From Squalus acanthias (taxonomy: Eukaryota), in contig CM059432.1 in the NCBI GenBank assembly GCA_030390025.1, forward strand, positions 133,798,001-133,862,000: 64,000 nucleotides of DNA. The letters run 5' to 3'. A program made the translations under genes and the position numbers. This document shows, piece by piece, positions 25,728 through 38,925 of this stretch (the stretch's first letter is position 1; the number at the start of each line of letters is the position of its first letter). The notes below the pieces were generated by a model. That model saw only the letters and a list, made by a program, of their open reading frames with translations, ran no database searches and was not told where the DNA came from.

Positions 25728-28700
25728 CTTGAGGGAAATTGTTAAATGAATAAATTAGCTCCAGAATGAAGATCATCATTTATGATCCACAACTAACGTC
25801 GTATTTTAAATACAGGACAACAAGGAAATGTCATTTAATTTACATCTCTGCTGAAGGGTCAAACATTAATTGAACAACAGGAGTGGAAAATTTATTTCAA
25901 AAATAGCCCCAAAAATAAAATCCTTAAAACTGAATACATAATGAAGGTCAACTACATTGGACTTCTTCAGTTTGTATTTTTTTTTTGATTTATACAAATA
26001 TATAAGGGCTTAACATTTAAACAGTTCCAACTGTTTTAAGGTTTTTAAATCGTATGTTTCAACTGAGGTTTTCAGTAGCTTTTTTGGATCTATTTCTTAG
26101 TGCCCGCAATTTGTAAGTAATGAATCTTTTAATCTGATCATTGATCATTAAAGGCCACTTTCTATTCTAATACTCTTGAATGCCTTTTCAATAATCCACC
26201 GCTTCATTCAGCAGACACTGCAGAATTATTTGTGTGACTGTTACTTTCAGGCATGTATTTAAACACTAATTACAAAAATATACTCTTTTCTGTCTTGATG
26301 TTGGTCTTCATTTGAAAAAGAATCACAACACTTCTGACCAATCAACTTCTCAAACTCAGAAGACACACTCGACACACAGATTATTGCCGGGAACACAAAC
26401 TGTGAACCATAAAGTGCTCTGCTTCTGTGCCAACTCCCACAAGCCAATGTTGAATGTTGGAATGTTATCGCTTGAGGTCTTTTAATAAATTCTGTGTGTG
26501 GGATTTTTTTATTTTTCTCCCTGATATTTTGATTTGGGAAGTGATTTATAAAGCGTTATTTAGAGAAGTTTCTTGAAATGTCTATAAATGGCACATGGAG
26601 GTATTTACTGATGGGCAGAGATCACAATCTTTCAATTCCCTTCCATGCGCCAGAACAGTTCAGTTAATTCTCCAAAGTGGTAGAGCACAGAAAGAATCTT
26701 AATATACTTAATGTGCGCCCTCATAACATTATACAGTACCATATAATATTCATCATCATCATTTCTAAAGTAGCCTAATAAAAATATTCTTTGATGGTGA
26801 ATAACAAAACACACAGAATAAAATCCAGTCAGAAAGTTACTCATTTGATCATGCTTTCTCAGGGCAAGTTTCCAAGGGCATGAACACCATTAAACATACT
26901 TCTTCATTCAGTTTCCCTTTTGTTCTTTTCAGACTACTGTCTCACTCAGTTGAGAACAGACATGAGAATCGTCACCTTTTATCTCCATTCTGTTACTGTC
27001 AGCTATGCCAATTCTGAAAATATGCTTTCAATCAGATGTATGTCTAACATAACAATTCTTTAATCACAGATTAAGCGAACAAGCCTGAATGCTGGAAATC
27101 AAAAATCAAAACAGAAATGCACAGCAGTTCTGAGAGAGAAAGACGGGTTAATGTTCCAAGTATGATTCTTAAGCCGGAGCTGACCCTGTTCTTCCAGCAT
27201 GTTTGGTTCTTAATCAGAACATATTTATCATTGTACAGTACGTACTGTACCACATACTCTGATATATATGTTGCTTATAGTTCACTGATTAAGGTAAAAA
27301 TCTCTCAGTAAGAATACCCCACGGTACGACCAACTTATGTTCACCCAGTCGCTTAAAACTGTACAACCCACAAGGAATAAATTGGTGCCTCATCAAATGC
27401 TCCATGGAAATGCGTGTTCCATTGACAGGATTCTACTGCAATATGGAAATCATATAAAACACTTCCACTGAACTCTCAAGATATCATGCTCCATTACAAC
27501 AGTCACTGCACTCTAGAAAACAATTAATTCATTGTGCAAAGCACTTTGATTAGTTTTGAGGTGGTATAGCACTATCTATCTATATATACAAACAAGAATT
27601 ATTTTATTTGTTTCACAGATAAAATGCTTGGATTTTAAAGCAAATGATTTTGATTATCGTTTGGAAGTTTCTGTAATAGCTATCATTAGTACGGTATGTC
27701 TAATGGTTATTAAAAATAAACATATGCCACAAATCTCATTTATTTAAATGGAGACTTGAATTTTCATCATCAAGCACCCACTGGTTGCTAATTTGGACTA
27801 GCATTACAGTAATCTCTGCTTTCTTATTATGCCTGGGATGATTTCATTGAGATATATATTTATAAGCAAAGCAAACAACAGGGATGAAGCTAAGTAGAAC
27901 CTAAGAACCGTGCACCAAAGCGGCCAATCAGACAAATGTGTTAAACCTGAAGCTGGTGTTAAAACTTCAACATGTGCCAGAAAAAGAGAAACATTTGCTT
28001 TAAAGTTCAAGGGTTTTAGCGATAGACCCGCTTTAAACACAAATGTCGTGTGTTGCGGTAATTTTAGTCACGGTGTGGTATACCTTCCTCCTATTTAAAA
28101 ATAAAATACGGAGAGAGGAAAATGCTTGCTTTGTAACAAAAATTCATTTATAACCAGTGACAAGTAAAATCTACGAAGTTTTTAAAAGAATGTGATTGTT
28201 GTCAAAAGGAATTTGGACACAACAATGGCACGTTCAGTTCTGGTTCCACTCAAAGCCATAGCTGAGGGCTTTGGGAAAGCTACTGCGAGGCTGGTGGGCA
28301 CAGACCAGCAAGGAAGGGAATTTTGCATACTGTACGGATCATCGCTCAGTTCAGGGCAGTCACATTGAATCTGCGATCAACCAATTGTGCTTCATGAAAC
28401 CGTCAGCCCTAATTTATGTCTAACTGTTTTCTTCTGCCTTGCTGTAAACAAGCTCCGCTCTGAGCTGTCCGCACTGCCCTTATCTGCTTACAAAGATCAC
28501 ACAGACAGACCCTATCAACAGCTCAGGAGCAAAACATAAAGTTACTGTTTCCCGACAGCAGTCCATGTGCAAATTGTATGTCAAAGAGAAGAGTAACTTT
28601 GCAGTGGCATAAAAATTAGTTTATTTGAGTCATCCATATCTTGGTTTCCTACCCAATCTGGCATGCTTTACCTCACTAATATTGAATCATATTAAGTTGC

Positions 28701-28748
28701 TTTAACTGTTTCTGAAAACAAAATTCCTACACTAACAGGCAGAACAAT

Positions 28749-29274
28749 GGGGGTGATTTTCATCGCCGCTTTCGAGCGTGAACGGGGGAGGCAGCAGGTT
28801 CCAGGTTCAGTGGCCTGGTCACCTCCCCGATCCACCTAACGTTCCTCTCCATCCTGATTTCAGAACACACTTTCTGCCCAGTTGACCTAACCAGCAGTCC
28901 TTAAAGGGACCGCCTTGGCGGCGCCGGAAACACGGCGGTTAAGTTTTGTCCAATGCTTGCTTCTCCTGACCCCACAAAGATCTTGGGACTCGCTGCCGGT
29001 CCCTCCGTGCCCCCTCCCCTGAGATTGCTTTCCCTCTCCCCTTTAAGATCTACTTCTGCCTCAGCTCCGCGGCAGAACCACCAGCTACCCCTCAACTCCC
29101 ACCCCAACCCCCACCAATCAGCGAGCTGCCTGTAAGCGCTCGTTCAGTGCCAGTCAATGGAATTAATATATGAGGGCTGACCCCGAAAATGGTTCAGGCT
29201 TTTCGATGGTGCCGTCAGCGGTTGTAGCAGATGCTCCACCCACCTGATTCACACAGAACTCGAAAATCATTCCC
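28749..29274. mobile_element. Tourist/Harbinger-like MITE
   Basis: TIRs GGGGGTGATTTTC / GAAAATCATTCCC with TSD AAT/AAT. Confidence 0.7.
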
Positions 29275-29299
29275 AATCTCTCTAAAGTCCCTGTGAATC

Positions 29300-29614
29300 G
29301 AGGCCTACCTCGCTAAACGTGAGGCCTATCTCATTAAATGTGAGGCCTATCTCACTAAACGGGAGGCCTATCTCACTAAACGGGAGGCCTACCTTGCTAA
29401 ACGGGAGGTTTACCTCGCTAAACGTGAGGCCTATCTCACTAAACGGGAGGCCTACCTCGCTAAACGGGAGGCCTACCTCGCTAAACGTGAGGCCTATCTC
29501 ACTAAACGGGAGGCCTATCTCACTAAACGGGAGGCCTATCTCACTAAACGGGAGGCCTATCTCATTAAACAGGAGGCCTATCTCATTAAACGGGAGGTCT
29601 ACCACACTAAACGT
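29300..29614. repeat. Minisatellite, 15 x 21 bp, consensus GAGGCCTATCTCACTAAACGG
   Basis: Contiguous units counted directly, with no spacers. Explains the repetitive ORFs on both strands. Confidence 0.97.
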
Positions 29615-30569
29615 ATACATGTCAGTTACAGCGCCTGTGTGTTTTAACATTGTAGAATAAGGTAAGGAACAGAAAGTCTCAAGTGAAAGCCTTTCGGTGA
29701 CTCTGTTGGTAGATGCAGTGTGAAACTGAGCCATGGACACTGAAAAGCCCCAAGCACGATTCCTAGTTAGCTGAACTCGGTTGGTGTGGAAGTAAGGGAG
29801 CCACAGTTGGCTTCATCTCTTTTTGGTTAGGGATGGGAAAGTCAGCTGGTCTCCCCACCCCTGAATATGGTTTTGTTACCCCTTTGGGAAAGTGCACTTA
29901 TAAGGATGTGGAATGAGGCTAGGTTTGGGCGTGACTATACTCCACCCAGGGCTAAAGGGCCCGCCACCACTCCTAATCTAGATCATTCAAGAATGGCTTG
30001 GCAGAGTACTGGAAGGCAACCAACACCTATGGAACCATACCCAAGCAAGGAGTCATCACCTTCAGATTAGAAGAAGGGGAGAAAATTGGCAGGAAAATAA
30101 GTGATAAGGGGGCAACTAAGAGATGGTAATGTCCGACTTTCCATCAGGACAGAGAAAGGTGCTTGTCACGTTGGGTTTTTAATTGAAAACAGCTACGGTA
30201 TGCACAGAAACAAGAGAATAATTTGCTGACAGTACGCTATTTTATACGGTGCTTGTTCATTGCTACGTGCACCACAATTAGCTGCATCTCCTTGCACTTT
30301 GATGCACAGCAGCAATGTTATAATATCAGGTTTAATGAATAAAGCATGCTGCTTGGGAAGACCTGCTGCCCACAGCAAAGGCAAGTCCTTGGGCCGTTTC
30401 CAACAGTCTCTTCACTTCCTTTATAAAAATAACGCTGGTCTAGATATCAGGATTCTTCTTCTGATGCAGTTAAAAGTATTTTCTTTTCAGGGTGTTGGTT
30501 ATGAATGGGTCCTATGATAAGACAAGTGAGAACTCAGCAGCATCTTTAGTGACAAGTACCAGTAACATC

Positions 30570-31230
30570 GGCCCGTATTTTCCGATGCCTACGGGTGTGT
30601 ACGGGCTGTGTACCCACCCGTAGGGACGTCGGAAATGCCGGTTTCAGACATGCGAAGCACATGCGCTGAAAACCGGCATTTCCGATCTGTCAAGAATGCT
30701 CTCGACAGATCGGACGCCTGCCCTAGAGAAGGGCCTCTGCGGGCGGATAGTTCCGCTTTCTGCAGAACCTCCGCCCGCTGAAAACCCTTAGAAATCTTAC
30801 GCCTGGTAAAAGCAATTGAAAAAAGTTAAAAAAAAAAAAATTTCCCCCACTCATTTATAATTTAAAAATACTTTTAAAGTTTATTTTTAGCCCCGTAAAA
30901 AACTTCAATTATTTTTTTCCAAAAATTACATTTTTGTTTAAAATATTTAATTGAATGTAATTTTAACTTATTTTAAAAACGTGATGGTTTTTTTTCCCCA
31001 ATTTATTTAATGTTTTCGTGTCTTTTTGGGGTGATCTCCATTCATATATTTGACAGGTCTATCTGTCAACCTCAGGCGCCCCTGGGATACGTGGGCCCTG
31101 CGCATTTCGACTGTGGAGAGGCCCAGGAGCGGAAGTGTCCGGACCTCGGGAGCCCTCAGGTGAGTTCGTAGATTTTTTTCCGCTAGGAGGCCTCCGCCCG
31201 CAGGAAGCCTCCTATCGGAAATTACGGGCC
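30570..31230. mobile_element. MITE family A copy (inverted relative to 20284-20925)
   Basis: TIRs GGCCCGTATTTTCCGAT / ATCGGAAATTACGGGCC. Internal sequence is the reverse complement of the 20.3-kb copy. Confidence 0.8.
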
Positions 31231-31774
31231 GATGATTTTTTTGGCGAGCCTTAATTAGCGCAGATCCATCCTGAACAACCCCTTCTAAAGCAGCCAGATA
31301 CGAAACCCTAGCTCGAATACAGCACTACTTTAGAGGGTACACTCCACTTTCATTGTGGCACAGTCCTCTGGAGTCAAGCATTGTGCATGTTAGAATGAAG
31401 TGCAGGCTACACTGAGTGTTCCAGAATAGAAGATTTAATGGAATGTGAAGGAATTGAGAGTCAAGGTTCAGTGGCTTTATAACAGAGGCAGTGTTATAAG
31501 CTAAGAGCCTGGTAAAGAGGGTGGGGTGTCGCTTTGTTTACTGCACAAGCACAAAACTGCAAATCCAGCAATGTACAAGGTGCAAATTTAATTTAGCGCG
31601 GCCGCAAAATATATGAATCAGGCCCTCAGACTCAATGCACAACAAGGTGCTGAAAGAATGCTAAGAGTCCTGGACTAGAAAGCTGAAGAATTGTTCTATA
31701 TATATATATATTATTAATGTATTGCAAAACTAATGCTAAGGTAATGTATTCTCAACCTGTTAGTTATGTACATA

Positions 31775-32445
31775 GATCATTAAAATGTCATGGACAGGTG
31801 CAGAAAATAATCAAAAAGGCTAATAGAATGCTGGCCTTTATATCTAGAGGACTAGAGTACAAGGGGGTAGAAGTTATGCTACAACTATACAAAGTCCTGG
31901 TTAGACCACACCTGGAGTACTGTGAGCAGTTCTGGGCACCACACCTTAGGAAGGATATATTGGCCTTGGAGGGAGTGCAGCGTAGGTTTACCAGAATGAT
32001 ACCAGAATGATACCAGGGTTAAATTATGAAGAGAGATTACACAAATTAGGGGTTGTATTCCCTGGAATTTAGAAGGTTAAGGGGTGATCTGATCGAAGTT
32101 TTCAAGATATTAAGGGGAACAGATAGGGTAGATAGAGAGAAACTATTTCCGCTGGTTGGGGAGTCTAAGACTAGGGGGCAGAGTCTAAAAATTAGAGCCA
32201 GACCTTTCAGGAGTGAAATTAGGAAACACTTCTACACACAAAGGGTGGTAGAAGTTTGGAACTCTCTACCGCAAACGGCAATTGATGCTAGATCAATTGT
32301 TCATTTTAAATTGGAGATTGATAGATTTTTCTTAACTAAAGGGATATGGGGCAAAGGCGAGCATATGGAGTTAGGTCACAGATCAGCCATGATCTCACTG
32401 AACAGGCTCAAGGGGCTAAGTGGCCTACTCCTGTTCCTATGTTCC
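31775..32445 (+). mobile_element. CR1 LINE 3' fragment
   Basis: KANRMLAFISRGLEYK...LVRPHLEYCEQFWAPH, LEFRRLRGDLIEVFK, tail cctgttcctatgttcct. Confidence 0.92.
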
Positions 32446-33220
32446 TAATACACAACAATGCTTCACTGACACAACCCCATAAGTAAAATAAGTGCATTGT
32501 GAACTGTGTTAACCTATCAAAGTCAAAACAACGTTTATATACCTGCAGTACTAATGGCGCTGGCACTAACTCTTTGAACCAACTCTTTTATTGGCAAAAA
32601 GAATTAGTCACTATTTTTATACATTTGATGAAAGGTGAACATTTTGTGCACATTTTAAGATCATTGGTGCAAAAACAGCATCTCCAATATGGCTGTGAGT
32701 TCTCTACATACCAGTTCTCCAAACCTGTACAAAAATGTGGTCGTGGTGCCACTGGGAAAATTTAAAGGAATGCAGCCACGTAAAGTTAAGTGGCTGCATA
32801 AGGGGACGAGGATTCATTCAGCCTTTCCAAAGGCTGTACGGTGGAATGAAGTGACAGGCCAAAAAAAAAAACAAGTGAAGGCAAGCTCGAGATAGAGGTA
32901 TCAAACAGAGTGGGTGAGTAAGTGGCCAAATGGCTCAGCACCCAGCCTCCCATGTAATGGCTAGCCAAGTGGACTTGGTGCTGCATAAGGTGGGTACAAT
33001 GAGGGTTTGTACCGTGGTTGGCACACCATCCCCACAAGACGGCAATGCATCATAACTGGCAGGAGGTAGGGGCCAGGCTCTATGCTGTGTACAGTACCAG
33101 CGTCATCTGAAAACAGGTGCAGAAGACACTATACTTTAAGGAATCTGGCACAGTAAGACTACCCAACAGTATTAACAGTACCGCTGGATAAATGTTACAA
33201 CTGCGCTGGATGGAAGCATA

Positions 33221-35051
33221 CCCATGATTCCCTGATGTCCACGTCCATTGGGCAAGGCTCCATGGTGCGAATGCGCATTTGTAAAATGTACCCTTGTACC
33301 AGGTAGATGGCCTCAAGACTGCATGCCACAAGGTGTTGCCCGTCAACCTGTTTCACCAATCCTGCTCGCCCGTTACAAGCCCGCGCAAAATCTTACAGCC
33401 TTTTACTGCATCGCATGCCTACTCACACTTCAGCAGAGACCACAACCAAGATGCAACTTGAAAGTTCTGCCACAGCAACTGCTTCACACACTAAAGCCAT
33501 TGGGAGCGAAATTTGGTTCCGCCCCGTTTGGGGGGCAGTAACCGAATTATCGCCGGAGATTTAGCGCCCGGCATGGAAGTACCGCCCTGGCCGCTAAATT
33601 TGGCTTACCGCCCAGGCGAGGAAGCGGAGCACTATCTCGGCGCTCCACTTCCTCTCGAGGTGGTGTCGGGGGCGCAAAGCGCGGCAGAGCACTACATGGC
33701 CACTCCGCGTAGCGCTGACGCGTTTCACCGCCCCTCCCCTTCTGTTAAAGGGGAGGGACGCTGCGAGCTCGGCAGGGCCTCCGAAGGCCCACACTAGCCC
33801 ACCAAGGCAGCGTGGTGCCGTGGCTGCAGCCCGGCACGGAGACGCGGTGCTGTGGCTGCGCGATGGCAACCACGGACCATGCCAAGGGCCGCCATGGAGG
33901 TCGGTCAAACAAAATAAAACGACGGCGCGGGTCACGGCCACACCTCCCTTTAAATCCCGCCCCGCGAGCGGAGGTCGGCCTGGCTCGCAACCCGCGAGGC
34001 AAACACCGACATCCTCCGCGGCAGCGACGCGGGGCGCAGCCGAAGTTCTGCTGCGGGGCGGTAAGGGGTCGCGGCAGGGCGGTAAGGGGTCGCAGCGCAC
34101 GACGATTACGTCATCGCTGGCGGCGCAGCGGCCCGGGGCGCTGCCAGCAGGGGCACGACGCTATCGGCTAGAGCCTCAGCAGCGCCCTGCCAAATTTCTC
34201 GGGGGGGGGCAGTGCCCCGGCCTGGGCGATAAGCCTTTGCACCCCGTTAGCGCCCCCCGGAGGCGCTAACAGCAGGCGATAAGGAGCCGAATTCTGCGGC
34301 CACTGTATCACAAACACATCATTCGCTGACACCCAGGATGGCCTTTGGGTTAGGGATATGTCAGCCACCAGTTACCCCCCCCACCTAAATGTACCAGTAC
34401 AGTTACATTGGCCAGCTGTGTCATGCTATTCAATGAGAAAAAAGATGAAAGTGCTGACTGTACCGATCAATGCACCAGTCACCTTTTTGATACCTGTGTG
34501 AGCAGCACATTAACTGACATGGCAGTGCTAGTCAGAAATGAGCCACAGGTATAACAGTTAAGAAGGGTGGTAAGGATCTCCTTGCTGTAGATGGCAAAGC
34601 CCTGTAACTGAATTCCTGTTGACCTACAATAAGTTGAGGCAGTTGTCCTCCATCACTGGCATTAATGAATGATTGGGTAATTGTGGGTAGTGCGAATTTC
34701 ACATTTATACTGTTGGTGAGCAAGGCTCCCTGCCAATAGCATGGACTCTTCAAATGATTCCCATAGTCAAGTGCCTGCTGATCTTTCTGGCATGGCTTCT
34801 TGCATCTTATGATATTTGAGGCAACTTTGGGGTCTCTGCTGAAGTGTAGGTACGCATGCGATGCAGTAAAAGGCTGCAAGATTTTGCGCGAGCTTGTAAC
34901 GGGCGAGCAGGAATGGGGAAACAGGTTCACAGGCAACACCTTGTGGCATGCAGTCTTGAGGCCATCTACCTGGTACGAGGGTGCATTTTACAAATGCGCA
35001 TTCGCACCGCGGAGCCTTGCCCAATGGAAGTGGGCATCAGGGAATCATGGG
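33221..35051. repeat. Long inverted repeat (arms 33221-33445 and 34827-35051)
   Basis: The arms are reverse complements over about 225 bp with scattered mismatches, and the ORF track shows near-identical peptides on opposite strands. Confidence 0.9.
33502..34301. mobile_element. GC/CpG-rich Harbinger-like MITE
   Basis: Ends GGGAGCGAAATTTGGTTCC / GGAGCCGAATTCTGCGGCC, flanks ATT/ACT, sharp GC boundary. Confidence 0.65.
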
Positions 35052-35349
35052 CACAGGGACCTTAGGTACACTCCAAACAAAATTCTCACAATGAAATCTT
35101 AATAAAAAATTTCAGAAATATGCATGCTCTCCCCATCCTGCATTCTCCTGCTCCCATTGAGCAAGCTCTTCTGGCACAAAGCACCACAGAATCCATCCCA
35201 ATATTCCTATGTTTCCCCATCCGTGAATAATGGGAACTCCTAACCGTACGCAGAGATTGAACAAGTGAAAACCACAATGCTTCAAGACTTTGCTTGCCTG
35301 TTTTAGTGTCATTCACTGGGACTTAGCAGCATATACTTGCAAATACAAA

Positions 35350-35680
35350 AACAACAGCTTGTATTTATATAGCACCTTTAATGTAGTAAAACGTCCCAAG
35401 TCGTTTCACTGGAGCATTATCGAACAATAGTTGACGCCGAGCCACATAAGGAGATATTCGGACAGGTGACCAAAAGCTTGGTCATAGAGGTAAGTTTTAA
35501 GGAGCATCTTAAAGGAGGAGAGAAAAGTAGAGAGGCAGTTCCAGAGCTTAGGGCCAAGGCAGCTGAAGGCACGGCCGCCAATGGTGGAGCGATTAAAATC
35601 GGGAATGCAAAAGAGGGCAGAATTGGGGGAGTGCAGAGATTGTGGAGGGTTGTAGGGCTGGAGGAGGTTTCAGAGATACA
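35350..35680 (-). mobile_element. L2 LINE 3' fragment
   Basis: L2 tail and 3' body as at 6473. Confidence 0.85.
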
Positions 35681-35783
35681 TAGTCACGTTTAGTTTTCGG
35701 ATCTATAAACAAAAGAAACTGCTGGAAACACTCAGGTCAGACAGCATCTGTGGAGAAAGGAAAAAAGTTCACATCTCCGGTAC

Positions 35784-36302
35784 ATATTACACATGCTTCA
35801 ACCCTTTGATCTGGCCAACTTCAGGTAACCCAGTGACTGTCTTGAAGCAGTGCTAAATGTGTTTATCATTGGCATGTTAGAACAGCATTCACACTCTGAG
35901 GCATGCATCCACAGGCACGTGTCTGTGTGTACCAGAGTACAGTGCAATGGCATATGAATGGGCGTGCTAAAGTTAATTTTATCTTTAGAAATGGGTTAAT
36001 CTCCCATTTAATGTTTACGTGATTCAGTGTCAGAGATACAGGATTGTTAGAATAAATAGAAAAGATGTGTATTGTGGGATTTATGAAAAGATTGCAATTT
36101 GAGGATGGAATATTTTCATAATCATCATTGTGTATCAGGATAACAATTGCAATGTCCTCTGGTGTAACATGACTGTAAATGCCTGTCTCAGTGCGTGAAT
36201 GCTGTTCGAACAGGTCAATGATGGAACAATTCGCACTGCTTCAACTCAGTCACTGGGCTACCTGAAATGAGCAAGATCAAAGGGTTGAAACACATGCAAT
36301 AT
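35784..36302. repeat. Degenerate inverted repeat (arms about 35784-35908 and 36179-36302)
   Basis: TTCAACCCTTTGATCT...TTCAGGTAACCCAGTGACTG...GAAGCAGTGC...AACAGCATTCAC mirrored by GTGAATGCTGTT...GCACTGCTTC...CAGTCACTGGGCTACCTGAA...AGATCAAAGGGTTGAA. Confidence 0.8.
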
Positions 36303-37679
36303 ATAGCCGTGCTGGTCCAAGTCAGTCCTCATCTTCTACCCCTGGAATCTTTCAATGTCATACTTATACAGAGTCAATCCAAGTACAGAGGCTGAAAAAA
36401 TCGATATAAATGCACCTCCGATACCGTGCCCTTTACGCTGCTTTTGGATTGTGCGAGACAGATGCTGGTCGCACCGGTCCCCAGACACACTAGCTTTGCT
36501 AGTGCCAGCTGCAAGCCAAATGTACAACGGCCAGGACTCACCAAGAACTGGCTGTCAAAAGACCCATTTTTAATGAGTCCCGGCAGTTTTACATTCAGCT
36601 AGCCGCACAAGACCTGCACTGCTGGCAACCAGCAACACTGTGGTGGATTAATCATGCAAGCTCAGAGCAGTGATCAAATCACAACCTTAATGTCCACAAT
36701 GAACAAGACACCTTATCAATATTCTAAAGGGGACTCTGGTTTCACTCCTCCACTTTCCCACAGCGTTGTTTGGTGAGCTCGTGGGGCTAAATTTCCTGGG
36801 TCATTTCCGTCTGGATGCTACACAGGAGCAGCGCACTTTGGATCACCCCCATTACCTGCCCTAGACCATCTAAATGGCCCCAGGGCAGCCTCAGCGCCCA
36901 ATGGCAGGGCTTAGCACTGGTGGGAGGGCCTGGAAATTGAGAAGAGGCAACAGGTCTGGGTGATCGTAAGATCCTTATTAAAATGGAGGCCTGCCTTGAC
37001 ATCTTCAACATGCCCCCGAGCAAGTCAGCTGAGAGCAGGTGTGGCGGAGAAGCAGGGAAAGCGAACGATTCCAGTGGTCTAAGACCAGGGAAGGGGGAAA
37101 TCCGATCGCCTGTGGTAAGTGGGAAAAGAGACATTTGAAGTAGACAGGAAAGCAGGGGAGAAGGTAAATATAAAATACAAAAAAGGGTAAATAAAGCAAG
37201 GGGAGGAGGAAGGGGGAAGTGGGAAGGGGGAGAGGGAAGTCAGGATACCACTGAAAAGAGAAGAAGAAGCGGGAGAAGAATACTATTGATCGGAGAAAAA
37301 GAAAAGGAAAGAAATGTTGTGGTCTTGTGACCTGTGCTGGACAAATATATGAGTGAATGAGATAGGACACAGAGACAAAAATCTGTGTCTGAAACTTGTT
37401 GGAGAAGCTGTGCAACTGGCTGCTGCACCCCAGTGTCTCCTACCTGTAAAGAAACCCAGCTAAACGTTAGTTAGTGAGGCTACGGTTCTCCCTATCGGTG
37501 TTTGGAGTGAGGACCTGCTGCTGTTTATTAGTGGCAGGCCCAGGAGTATGGCAATCAAAGTGTGTCCATATCCCAAAACAACACATCATTAGATGTACCC
37601 TTGGGCCAAGCTCCCTTTCAGTGTCAAACTGATGAGAGCTGCTGGTGTTTGGGACTTGGTAACATGGCCCAGACACACT

Positions 37680-38288
37680 GGGGGGAATATTAACCCACTC
37701 GAAGGGTTATGGTATGGGCATACAGTTAAAATAGCTGTCCAAAGACTTACCACTCCGATTCCTTCTTGATTCCTGACTGCCGTCTTAACTGGGCCCCATT
37801 CTTTAGGCAGCCAAGGCGCCCACCTGTCTGAGGCGGGAGCCTTATTTATACATGCAATTTGGAGTCCTATGAAGTCATTAGGACCTGATGGCATTTTAAC
37901 AGCCTATCGAGTGGGGCGTTTGCCATGGGCACCCCGTTCAGTGAAACCTGGTGGGGAAGAAAGGATGGCCTCGTCAGAAACTTCTCTCACTGGGGTCAGG
38001 AAGAGCAGGAGTGATCTGCTGCCCCAGACTCCCCCCCAAATCCCCCCACTGTCCCACCCATGAAATGGCTTCAATTCCCCTCCCCCACGAATTAACTTGG
38101 TGCTGGCGGGCAACCTTGGGCCCCGTGGTTTCGACCTGCCCGAAGCCTATTTCAGGCGGGCATCTGGCCAGCGGGATGGAAATGAGACCCAGGAGTTAAA
38201 ATAGCCCGGGCCTCAAACTGATGATGTTGTGCAGGTTTGACACTCGCCCCACCCGCCCGAAACCCGCTCCCAGTTAAAAGTTCCCCCC
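37680..38288. mobile_element. Tourist/Harbinger-like MITE
   Basis: Ends GGGGGGAATATTAAC / GTTAAAAGTTCCCCCC. Confidence 0.6.
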
Positions 38289-38411
38289 CTCCCCCCATTG
38301 AGACCAAGGGGAGAAAGTGGCTCAGCCTGAATACTAAATCCAGGTTATAAAAATACACAAGTAGAGCCATCACTGCAGCTTGCCTCCAAATCCAGCTCTA
38401 ACTAATGTAAG

Positions 38412-38925
38412 TTGCAAATAGAAAGGGTACAGAGGAGGTTTACCAGGATGTTACCAGGGATGAAGGACTACAGTTATGAGGAGAGGTTGCAAAAGTTAGG
38501 ACTGTTCTCCTGGGAACAGAAAAGGTTAAGAGGTGACCCAATCAAGGTTTTCAAGATGATGAGAGGTTTTGTTAGAGTAGAGAGAGAAAGGCTGTTCTCT
38601 CGGGCGAGGGGTCAATAACCAGAGGTCGTAGATTTAAAATCATTGGCAAAAGGTCTAGATGGAAGACGAGGAGAATTTCTTTCACTCAGAGAGTTGTCAG
38701 GATCTGGAACGCTCTACTTGAAAAGGTGGTGGAGGCTGATTCCATAAATAATTTGAAAAGGGAGTTGAACAGCTACTTGAGGATGAGGAACTTACAGGGT
38801 TACGGATGAAAGGCAGGGGTGTGGGACTAAGCACGGCTGCTCTTTCAAAGAGCCAGCACAGGCACAACGGGCCGAATGGCCTCCTTCTGTGCTGTAAGTT
38901 TCTATGATTCTATGATCCTATGATC
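38412..38925 (+). mobile_element. CR1 LINE 3' fragment
   Basis: IERVQRRFTRMLPGMKDYSYEERL, ends ttctatgattctatgatcctatga. Confidence 0.9.

Noticed and set aside
26970..26990. Start exon ATGGAGATAAAAG|gtgacg (MEIK)
   Set aside because: It ends in phase 1, but the KFQQ exon needs phase 0.
29300..29614. CRISPR array or repeat-protein gene
   Set aside because: Units are contiguous with no unique spacers, there are no cas genes, and the context is eukaryotic. The ORFs follow from the 21-bp unit.
33502..34301. CpG-island promoter or GC-rich protein-coding gene
   Set aside because: It is bounded by TIR-like ends and triplet flanks like the other MITEs. Overlapping ORFs in many frames reflect GC content.
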